NCBI GenBank assembly: GCA_041547605.1
Contig: JBFEUB010000003.1
Span: forward strand, 1 to 43,576
From: Desulfobacteria bacterium
Lineage (GTDB): Bacteria > Desulfobacterota > Desulfobacteria > Desulfobacterales > C00003060
Length of the DNA: 43,576 nt
Reading direction: 5' to 3'
How positions within the stretch are numbered: the first letter of the stretch is position 1; each line of letters begins with the position of its first letter. Made by a program: the position numbers and the translations under genes. Positions 32,010-40,588 of the stretch are shown here, piece by piece. The notes under the pieces were generated by a model. That model worked only from the letters and a program-made list of their open reading frames with translations. It did no database searches and was not told the DNA's origin.

Positions 32010-35000
32010 ATGAAGCATAACAAGGATAGTCACAACATCATCGGTGCCCTCATGGTATTAGGCGGTGGCATTGCCGGCATCCAGGCGTCTATGGATCTGG
32101 CTGATGCTGGTTTCCGAGTGTATTTGGTCGAGGCATCTGCGGCCATAGGTGGCGTGATGGCAGCTCTCGACAAGACCTTTCCTACCAATGACTGTTCGAT
32201 CTGAATCTTAGCCCCCAGACTCGTTGAGTCTGCCAGGCATCCCAACATCGAAATTCTAACCAATGCGACTTTGAGGGAAGTTTCGGGGTCTGCCGGAAAC
32301 TTTAAGGTGACAGTGCTGAAACAACCCCGCTACGTGGATGAAACAAAATGCACGGCCTGCGGGATTTGCGCCACCTATTGCCCCGTTCTGGTTCCTGATC
32401 CCTATGACGAAAACATGGCTCATCGCAGAGCGATCTACATCCCTTACACACAGGCGGCTCCATCGGCCTATGTGGTCGACCCATACCATTGCCTTTTTCT
32501 GAATAGGCAAGAATGCAAGCAGTGTACCCGAACTTGTGAGGCCAAAGCCATCAATCTTGACCAGAAGCCCGAGATAATAACCTATGAAGTGGGGGGGCTG
32601 ATCCTGGCTCCCGGCTTCTCAAGGTTTGATCCTGGGCGGTTGCCTGCCTATGGGTATGCGGATTGTCTCAATGTAGTTACTGGTTTAGAGTTTGAGCGGA
32701 TCTGCTGTGCGTCTGGGCCGTCCATGGGAAAGATCCAGAGGCCCTCGGACCGAAATAAACCCGAGAAGATAGCGATTGTCTTATGTGTAGGCAGCCGGGA
32801 CAAGGCTTGCGGCAATCCTTACTGTTCCTCGGTTTGTTGTAAGTATGCGATCAAGGATGCAATCGTGGCGTTAGAACATGAGCCTGATTTAGACATCACG
32901 ATATTTTTCATGGACATTCGCACGTACGGCAAGGATTTTGAGAAGTTTTATCAGCGTGCGAAAGCAGCGGGTGTGAAGTTTGTGCGTAGCAGGGTCTCTG
33001 AGATTAGAGAGGACCCCCGAACCAATGATCTCACCTTAAAGTACGTGACAGAAGATGGGGGCCTGAGGAAAGACACCTTTAACTTGGTGGTGCTGGCCCA
33101 CGGGCTTGAGGCTCCTGCGGGCAGCAGTAACCTCGCCTTGGCAGCAGAGATCGGACTGAACCAGTACAATTTTTGCGAGACGGGCCTGTTTCGACCACTT
33201 GATAGCACCAGAGAAGGCATCTTTGTCGCCGGTGCGTTTCAAGGACCCAAATCGATTCCCGACAGCGTGATCCAGGCTGGTGGTGCTGCCGCCTCGGCAG
33301 CCGAGCTGTTGGCTGCGGTCCGTGGAACGCTGGTCAGAGAGAAGACGTACCCTGAGGAGCGCACAGACGCTGACGCACCATCGAAAATTGGGGTGTTTGT
33401 ATGCCACTGCGGCAAGAATATTGCCGGGGTGGTGGATGTAGAAGCAGTGATCAAATACGCAGAGAGCTTGCCTGATGTGGCGATGGTGGAACGTAACCTC
33501 TACTCTTGTTCTTCGGATACCCAGGCTTTGATTGCAAAAACCATAGCTGAGAAGGGTTTGAATCGTGTGGTGGTGGCCGCCTGCACGCCCAGAACGCATG
33601 AGGTGCTTTTTCAAGACACCCTGAGAGAAGCGGGCCTCAACAAATGTCTTGTTGAGATGGTTAATATTCGGGATCAATGCTCATGGGTGCATATGCATGA
33701 GCGGGAGGCAGCCACGGAAAAGGCCAAGGAACTTGTCCGGATGGCTGTTGCCAAGGCGAGACAGATTCAGCCGCTTCCAGAGACAACTATTGAGGTCATT
33801 CCGAAGTGTCTTGTCATCGGTGGCGGACTCTCGGGTATGACCGCGGCCCTCAGCTTAGCCCGGCAGGGCTTTGAATGTTACTTGGTGGAACGTAGCAGTG
33901 ATCTTGGAGGCAATCTCCGGCACACCTATTTTACGTTGGAGGGGCCGGATCCCCAAGAACACCTTAAGCGACTTATTGAGCAAGTGGAATCAAACGATAA
34001 GATTCATCTCTTCACGAAGACCGCCATTCAAGAGGTTGCAGGCTTTGTTGGCAACTTCAAGACCGTCCTGTCTTTCGGGAGCGGAACAGGAGTAAAGACA
34101 GAAGAAATCGAACACGGAGCCATCATTGTGGCCACAGGGGCCACGGCCTATGAACCCGACGCGTATCTGTATGGCCGGCATAAAAACGTGGTGCTTCAGC
34201 AAGTATTGGAAGAAGGGCTAGCCCTTGGGAAGGTCGATCCGAAAGACCTTAAACAGGTCGTCATGATCCAGTGTGTGAGCTCAAGGGACGAGACCCATAC
34301 CTATTGCAGTGCGATTTGTTGCAACCAGGCGATCAAGAATGCCTTGAAGATTAAAGAACTTAACCCTGAAGCCAATGTAAGCATCTTGTATCGCGATGTG
34401 ATGAGTTACGGCTTTAGTGAGGATTACTACAGTCTTGCCAGGGATCAAGGCATTGTTTTTATCCGCTACAGCCCGGATAAAAAGCCCAAGGCAGAGAATG
34501 TTGAGGGCAAGGTGCGCGTGACAGTTAAGGACCCGATAGTGAAGCAGAATGTGATCATTCATGCTGATCTCTTGGCTTTAAGCACGGCCATGGTTCCATA
34601 TGACAACAGGGACTTCGTTGAAAAGCTGAAGGTACCGCTATCCTCCGATCAGTTTTTCTTAGAATCTCATGCACAATTGAAACCCGTGGATTCTTATGTG
34701 GATGGTATCTATCTTTGCGGCAAAGCGCAGTTTCCCAAGCCCATCAATGAGTGCATCGCCCAGGCCAAGGCTGCTGCAGCCAAAGCTGCCATTTTGTTGG
34801 CCAAGGGCTATGTGATGGCAGAACCGATCATTGCCTCGTGCGACATGGACACCTGCATGGGATGCGGTATCTGTGCCTATTTGTGTCCATATAGTGCCAT
34901 CCAAATGACGAAGGTGGGCAAGCTGAAAAAAGCCGCAATTGTTGCAGCAGCCTGCAAGGGATGCGGTGTGTGTGCCTCTTATTGTCCAACCAGGTCCATT

Positions 35001-35066
35001 GCCATGGGCCGCTTCACGGATGAGCAGATTGAGGAGCAGATTAGGGCTTTTGGGGAAGGAAGTTAG
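32010..35066 (+). CDS. hdrA: Selenocysteine-containing tandem HdrA-like (BamE-like) flavo-iron-sulfur protein, about 1018 aa
   Basis: ORFs 32010-32204 and 32271-35066 are in one frame joined by TGA 32202 in [12 protein letters not shown][U]ILAP. Two GGGxxG FAD domains, YCS.VCC motifs, VFVCHCG, ferredoxin domains. Confidence 0.9.
32216..32232 (+). promoter_or_regulatory. Putative bacterial SECIS hairpin (hdrA)
   Basis: CAGACTC-GTT-GAGTCTG, 11 nt after the UGA; the apical loop starts with G. Confidence 0.7.
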
Positions 35067-35067
35067 G

Positions 35068-35179
35068 CATTGAGGAGGAAATTTTTTTCATAAGCCGTGA
35101 TAATATTCAAAAAGCTTGATTGAAGGACCTTGCCAAGTTTACGGTATCACGGCTTGTTCGAAAAACCCCCTCCTCAATG
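35068..35179. repeat. 112-nt intergenic inverted repeat
   Basis: Perfect 11-bp outer arms CATTGAGGAGG/CCTCCTCAATG and perfect 11-bp inner arms AAGCCGTGATA/TATCACGGCTT. Confidence 0.75.
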
Positions 35180-35211
35180 AAGGGAAGATTACGAGTAGAA
35201 GGAAAGGGATC

Positions 35212-35961
35212 GTGCCAAAATCATTTGAGCCCCGAATTCTCGGTTTCTTATGCCACTGGTGCTGCTATGCGGCAGCTGATGCAGCCGGGGTGTCGCGTTT
35301 TCAGTATCCGCCCCATGTCCGTGTCATCCGGGTGATGTGCACGGGAAGGATAGACGCTGTGTTTCTAGTGGATGGGTTTGTCAACGGGGCTGACGGCGTC
35401 TTTGTTGGTGGCTGACACCTGGGCGAGTGTCATTACCGGGACGGTAATTACGAAGCCATCAACAAGTTCCATCTGGTCAGGCGTATCCTTGATGATCTTA
35501 AGGTCAATCCGGATAGATTATCCCTGGAGTGGGTTTCTGCAGCCGAGGCGCCACGTTTTGTCAACGTCATCACAGAATTTACCGGGCGTATCAGAGATCT
35601 TGGCTCGCTCGGAACGAGTGAAGGGCTGGACGCGCATCATCTCAGGATTAAGTTAAAGGCCGCCAAGATGGCTCTTGAGGGTAAGCGGCTGCGAATGGTC
35701 TTTGCAAGGCAGGCCAAGTACAGGAAGCATGAGGGGGCCTACCGTGAAATTCCGTCTGATCATAAGCTGCATGCAGAAATGGATAGGGCCCTTTCAGATG
35801 AGCTGGCTACCAACGGATTGCTTCTCTATTTGCAGGACAGTCCCCGCAGGGTGGATGAATTGGCAGGGCTTTTGGAGGTCTCTCCGGACGATGTGGTCGC
35901 CTGCTTTAAGAAGCTTGAAAAGAAGGGGCTCGTGGAGTCGAACAGGCTTGTTGGTTATTAG
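35212..35961 (+). CDS. Selenocysteine-containing MvhD/FlpD-like (BamF-like) 2Fe-2S protein with C-terminal extension, 249 aa
   Basis: GTG start. FLCHWCCYAAAD.AG, IRVMCTGR, GADGVFVGG[U]HLGECHY, with TGA 35413 at the conserved Cys. The frame stays open to 35961. Confidence 0.88.
35432..35448 (+). promoter_or_regulatory. Putative bacterial SECIS hairpin (mvhD-like)
   Basis: ATTACCG-GGA-CGGTAAT, 16 nt after the UGA; G-rich apical loop. Confidence 0.7.
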
Positions 35962-35966
35962 CAATT

Positions 35967-36061
35967 GGTTGAGTGGTTGAGTACGAATGGTTAAGTGGTT
36001 GAGTCGTTGAGCGGTCGAACACAATGGAAGCATTTATTTACTCAACCATTCAATTAATGAC
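35967..36061. repeat. Inverted octamer tandem-repeat array (GGTTGAGT type, second copy)
   Basis: ggttgagt x2, ggttaagt, ggttgagt, cgttgagc, ggtcgaac ... actcaacc-attcaatt. Confidence 0.7.
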
Positions 36062-36094
36062 GCATGACAAAGGACAGGAAGCGGAGTAAGCAGA

Positions 36095-36577
36095 ATGACA
36101 AGTGACAAAGCAGAAGATATCATTTTTGACCAATTAGACCAGCACTTCAGGGATGAAGTTGCTGAGAAGATCGGTTTGGAAGAGATCAAGCCATGCTATA
36201 CCTGCGGGTCTTGTACGGCGGTGTGTCCTGTACATGAGGTGATTGAAGACTTTGATCCCAGACGCATGATTCACATGATTTTGCTGGGCATGCGTAGAGA
36301 GGTGCTCTCCTCTGATCTGATCTGGTTCTGTTGTTTGTGTAACGCATGCTTTTTTGTATGTCCCCAAAAGATAAGGTTTAGCCGGGTAGCTACTGAGCTG
36401 AGAGACCTGGCTTTAGAGGAAGGCCATGTGGACGAAGATTTTTTGAACAGACTGGAGGCATTGCATCCCTACTTGCAGGATTTGTGTCGCCGGACCCTGT
36501 TCGGAAAAGTAAAAGAAGGATTCTGTGGATCTCATACGATGCCGTGTTGGAGGAAACACACCAAGACGACTCCGTAA
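36095..36577 (+). CDS. HdrC-like 2x[4Fe-4S] protein
   Basis: CYTCGSCTAVCP, FDPRRMI..ILLG, IWFCCLCNACFFVCP. Confidence 0.85.
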   Translation: MTSDKAEDIIFDQLDQHFRDEVAEKIGLEEIKPCYTCGSCTAVCPVHEVIEDFDPRRMIHMILLGMRREVLSSDLIWFCCLCNACFFVCPQKIRFSRVATELRDLALEEGHVDEDFLNRLEALHPYLQDLCRRTLFGKVKEGFCGSHTMPCWRKHTKTTP

Positions 36578-36689
36578 AAAGTCCATCTACGGCGTTGTGC
36601 TTCATCTTTCGTCATTGCGACGTACTTATTAGTACGCCTCACTCCTCAAGGGTCGCACGCCTTGTATATGAACTTTTTACGAAGCCGTC
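36565..36689. repeat. REP-like 125-nt palindromic element overlapping the hdrC-like stop codon
   Basis: GACGACTCCGTAAAAAGTCCATCTAC matches the reverse complement of the right arm, GACGGCTTCGTAAAAAGTTCATATAC, at 22/26. Inner hairpin CGTAC..GTACG. Confidence 0.75.
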
Positions 36690-36771
36690 TGTCTATTGAG
36701 TTATTGAAAGACCATATAACCTGATCCTTGGACATTCGGGTCTAAATTTCAATCATTCGGAGATAACAGGA

Positions 36772-37257
36772 ATGGGTTTTGAACGGGTTGATGAGATATT
36801 AGACAGATATGGACACAGGCATGAAGCCCTGATAAGCATGTTGCAGGATGTCCAGCGTTTGGAGAATTACCTGCCCCAGGAGACGCTTCAATATATTGGC
36901 AAGAGGTTAGAGGTCCCACTTTCAAGGATTTATTACATCACTACCTTTTATAAGTCCTTTAGCTTGGAGCCTAGAGGTAAACACATTGTGAAGGTCTGTC
37001 TTGGAACAGCCTGCCATCTCAATGGTGCGTTGCAGAATCTGGAACAGATTCGACGGGCCCTTGATATTCGTGAGGGGGAGACAACTGGAGACAAAATGTT
37101 TTCGTTGGAAACCGTCAACTGTGTGGGTACCTGTGCCTTGGCTCCGGTCACTGTCGTGGGTGACAAGTATTACGATGCGGTGACACCAGCAAAGGTTGAA
37201 AAAATCATATCGAATTATTCGGGAAAAGCAGAGGATGCCGCGGGTGAAGAAGATTAA
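36772..37257 (+). CDS. NuoE/HydC-like 2Fe-2S subunit (BamG-like)
   Basis: LQDVQ..YLP, TFYKSFSLEPRGKH, VCLGTACH, TVNCVGTCALAP. Confidence 0.92.
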   Translation: MGFERVDEILDRYGHRHEALISMLQDVQRLENYLPQETLQYIGKRLEVPLSRIYYITTFYKSFSLEPRGKHIVKVCLGTACHLNGALQNLEQIRRALDIREGETTGDKMFSLETVNCVGTCALAPVTVVGDKYYDAVTPAKVEKIISNYSGKAEDAAGEED

Positions 37258-39097
37258 GACACCTTCAGACTTGGAGACCCATCGTCAAGCCCTCGTCAAT
37301 GAGCGGGATCCCAACAAGCGGGTTGTTCGGATTTGCTGCACCACAGGATGTCGCGCTGGTGGCGCTCTCAACATCGTTGAAGACGTTAAGAGCGAGCTTG
37401 CCAAGCAAGGCTTGGAAAACAAAATTGAGGTTAAGAAAACGGGCTGCCGAGGATTCTGTGAAAATGGTCCGGTCATGGCTATCGAACCGGAGGACATTTT
37501 TTATAACAAAGTGAAGCCTAAGAACGTACCAGAAATTATTTCTGAAACTCTCGTGCACGGAAAACCCTTAAAGCGTCTCCTATATACCGATCCTGAAACG
37601 AAGAAAAAGATCCAGAAGGAAAAAGAAATCCCCTTTTTCGGAAAACAGGTTCGACATGTGTTTTCCCATCTTGGCACAATTGATCCCACTCAGATTGACG
37701 ACTACATTGCAGAGGGCGGCTATGGGGCCTTAACCAAGGTACTGACTACTATGAAGCCAATGGACGTTATTGAAGCTATAGAGGCATCTGGGTTGCGTGG
37801 CCGCGGGGGTGGCGGTTTTCCTGCTGGTAGAAAATGGAGATCTTGCCGGGAGGCGCCGGGAATCATCAAGTATGTGATTGCCAATGGTGATGAAGGAGAC
37901 CCGGGGGCTTTTATGGACCGCAGCCTCATGGAGGGTGACCCTCACAGCATTCTTGAGGGGATGATCATCGGGGCCTATGCCATTGGTGCGCATGAGGGCT
38001 TTATTTATGTCCGGGATGAGTATCCCATCGCAGTGGAGCATTTAGGGATAGCTATTGAGCAGGCGGATTCGTATGGTCTGTTGGGCGAAAACATTTTGGG
38101 CACGGGTTTTAACTTTAGAATTCAGATCGTCAGAGGGGCCGGGGCGTTTGTGTGTGGGGAATCAACAGCCCTGATGAACTCCCTGGAAGGCAGAGTGGGG
38201 GAGCCCAGAGCCAAGTATGTGCATACTGTGGAAAGCGGCTTGTGGGACAGGCCGAGCACGTTGAATAATGTGGAGACTTGGGCCAACGTGCCTTTAATCA
38301 TTAACCGGGGTGCTGCATGGTATGCTGAAACGGGGACTGCTAATAGCACGGGAACCAAGATATTCTCCGTTGTGGGCAAGGTGAGAAATACAGGCCTGGT
38401 AGAAGTCCCCATGGGCATTACCCTTCGGGAGATCATCTTTGATATTGGCGGCGGGATTAGAAAGAATAAGTCTTTCAAGGCAGTTCAGACCGGTGGCCCA
38501 TCGGGCGGCTGCATACCTGCCAGTAGGATAGATATGCCGGTGGACTTCGACAGCCTTAAGAAAGTGGGAGCGATGATGGGATCCGGCGGCATGATTGTGA
38601 TGGACGAGAATACATGCATGGTGGATGTGGCCAAGTATTTCATACACTTCTTAATGTATGAATCATGCGGGAAGTGCGTCCCCTGCCGGGAGGGGCTGAA
38701 GCAGATGCACGAGATCCTGTCAAATATCTGTGAAGGTGACGGAGAAAAAGAAGACCTCGCGTTGCTGGAAAGCCTCTCTGCTTTTATGATCGATGCTTCG
38801 TTGTGCGCATTGGGCGGTACCGCACCTAACCCAGTGCTCAGCACGATTCGGTATTTTCGGAATGAATACGAGGCTCACATAGTTGACAAAAAATGCCGGG
38901 CTGGCGTGTGTCGCAATCTATTTGAATACTTCATTGACGAAGACCTGTGTAATGGTTGCACCTTATGCCGCATCAAGTGCCCCGAAGAGGCAGTCTTAGG
39001 GGAAAAGAAGAAGCCCCATACCATTGATGTGGATAAGTGCATCCGGTGCGGCATATGTTACACATTGTGCAAAAAGGAGGCCGTGGTCGTCATGTAG
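37235..39097 (+). CDS. NuoF/HydB-like NAD(H)/FMN-binding subunit (BamH-like)
   Basis: N-terminal thioredoxin-like 2Fe-2S (CxxxxC..TGCRGFCENGP), GLRGRGGGGFP, NGDEGDPGAFMDR, GAGAFVCGE, ESCGKCVPCREG, C-terminal 2x[4Fe-4S]. Confidence 0.93.
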   Translation: MPRVKKIKTPSDLETHRQALVNERDPNKRVVRICCTTGCRAGGALNIVEDVKSELAKQGLENKIEVKKTGCRGFCENGPVMAIEPEDIFYNKVKPKNVPEIISETLVHGKPLKRLLYTDPETKKKIQKEKEIPFFGKQVRHVFSHLGTIDPTQIDDYIAEGGYGALTKVLTTMKPMDVIEAIEASGLRGRGGGGFPAGRKWRSCREAPGIIKYVIANGDEGDPGAFMDRSLMEGDPHSILEGMIIGAYAIGAHEGFIYVRDEYPIAVEHLGIAIEQADSYGLLGENILGTGFNFRIQIVRGAGAFVCGESTALMNSLEGRVGEPRAKYVHTVESGLWDRPSTLNNVETWANVPLIINRGAAWYAETGTANSTGTKIFSVVGKVRNTGLVEVPMGITLREIIFDIGGGIRKNKSFKAVQTGGPSGGCIPASRIDMPVDFDSLKKVGAMMGSGGMIVMDENTCMVDVAKYFIHFLMYESCGKCVPCREGLKQMHEILSNICEGDGEKEDLALLESLSAFMIDASLCALGGTAPNPVLSTIRYFRNEYEAHIVDKKCRAGVCRNLFEYFIDEDLCNGCTLCRIKCPEEAVLGEKKKPHTIDVDKCIRCGICYTLCKKEAVVVM

Positions 39098-39228
39098 TTT
39101 CCATTCCGAAATTTCGCATGTTCGAATTGGAAAGTCGACTAACCGATATCCCTTGACCGGCATGCTCCCCGCAAGGCCCGTCCGGAAGGGTGGGGAGGCT
39201 TCAGTGTTGAGGGCTTGTTGAGATATAA

Positions 39229-39936
39229 ATGATGGTGACACTCACGATTGATGGACAGATTGTCCACGTACAGCGTCATACGCCGATACTTGATATAGCC
39301 AAAGAGTTGGGGATTCATATTCCAACGCTGTGTTATCATGAGGCCATCAGGGCCTACGGGTCGTGTCGTCTTTGCGTGGTTGAGTTATGCAGCAACGGTC
39401 GTTCCAAGCTAGTCACTTCATGTAACTACCCTGCAGAGGGGGGGCTGGTGGTCTTTACCGCTAGTGAGAGAGTCAAGAATACCCGCAAGATGGTTATGGA
39501 ACTCCTTCTATCGAGGTGTCCTGATGTGCCGGAGATTCAACAACTGGCTGAAAAGGTAGGGATCAAGACATCTCGACTGAGCAAAAGGGGAGATCAGCGT
39601 TGCATCCTGTGTGGGCTTTGTGTGCGGGCCTGTGAGGAGATAGTCGGGGTAAACGCCATTAGCTTTGCCAGCCGCGGTATCGACCGAGAGGTGGACACAC
39701 CCTTTGGCGCCGATTCAGATGTCTGTATCGGGTGCGGCTCATGCACCTACCTCTGTCCGACGGGGTGTATTGAGATGGTGGGCGACCCGGGGTCTCCTGG
39801 CATTCGAACCATGAATATGGGAAATCTCCAGCTAGAACCTTGTTTCAACAACTACCAGTGCGATAATTGCGAGATAGACCACGAGTTTGTTGATGAGATG
39901 AAGCGGGTGATGGAACAAGTGCGGTCTCAAACGTAG
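39229..39936 (+). CDS. NuoG/HydA N-terminal-like Fe-S subunit without catalytic domain (BamI-like)
   Basis: IPTLCYH..YGSCRLCVVE..TSC, CILCGLCVRAC, CIGCGSCTYLCP. Ends at 235 aa. Confidence 0.88.
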   Translation: MMVTLTIDGQIVHVQRHTPILDIAKELGIHIPTLCYHEAIRAYGSCRLCVVELCSNGRSKLVTSCNYPAEGGLVVFTASERVKNTRKMVMELLLSRCPDVPEIQQLAEKVGIKTSRLSKRGDQRCILCGLCVRACEEIVGVNAISFASRGIDREVDTPFGADSDVCIGCGSCTYLCPTGCIEMVGDPGSPGIRTMNMGNLQLEPCFNNYQCDNCEIDHEFVDEMKRVMEQVRSQT

Positions 39937-40027
39937 AACAAGGGAGGCAGAAAAAAGCTTCTGACTCCCTTGTTGAACAAAACACACCAGAAAGCCTGAG
40001 AGTAAATACGCAACAAGCTTGTATGGC

Positions 40028-40447
40028 TCAGGGCACGGACACTTTTTGGGAGGGCCTTGGCACTCTCCTGGCCACTTTGTGCAGTCGCCGCACCCGAGGA
40101 AGCTCAGTGGCCTCCTTGTGGGAATAATCCAGAGTCTTCTTGCCATTCAATAAGGCCAGCAAGAGTCCTTCTTCCCGGCAGCGGCCAGCATGGCCGCATT
40201 TCTTGCGGCTGCGTTCAAAGTAGTATAACGGGGCCAGACAGTTGAAGGCGCTGACAGGAATGGTGTCTTTACCCCGTTGATATCTATATTCGATCCTCTT
40301 TCTACCAGATAGAACTTCTTTACCCAGTGTCAGATCTGGACAATCGTCTCCGAACCGTGGGCATCGGGCACAATGCTCGAAAAATCTAAGGGGAGCCTGA
40401 CATACAAACTCCAAGACGCTGATATCTTTTGGAATTTTTCTAGCCAT
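40028..40447 (-). CDS. Hypothetical Cys-rich protein with two internal repeats (139 aa)
   Basis: SD GGAGGT before ATG 40447. Repeated F.C.APL..FE..C..C..L.G.K..Y unit. Confidence 0.75.
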   Translation of the reverse strand: MARKIPKDISVLEFVCQAPLRFFEHCARCPRFGDDCPDLTLGKEVLSGRKRIEYRYQRGKDTIPVSAFNCLAPLYYFERSRKKCGHAGRCREEGLLLALLNGKKTLDYSHKEATELPRVRRLHKVARRVPRPSQKVSVP

Positions 40448-40588
40448 ACCGTCCACCTCCCGCAAAAGCGTTGGCAAAAACCTATAACGTTTACAGTGAC
40501 TAATACTAATATCATGGCGACGAAGTTTAGTCAAACTAAATATATCACACACAAAAAAACCGCGCATACCCGGCACGGTCTATTCATC

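Noticed and set aside
32202-35415. hdrA and mvhD-like genes as pseudogenes
   Set aside because: Both in-frame stops are TGA at conserved Cys positions with downstream hairpins, which fits selenocysteine.
29468-36061. Short repeats as CRISPR arrays
   Set aside because: The units are 8 nt with no unique spacers, and there are no cas genes.
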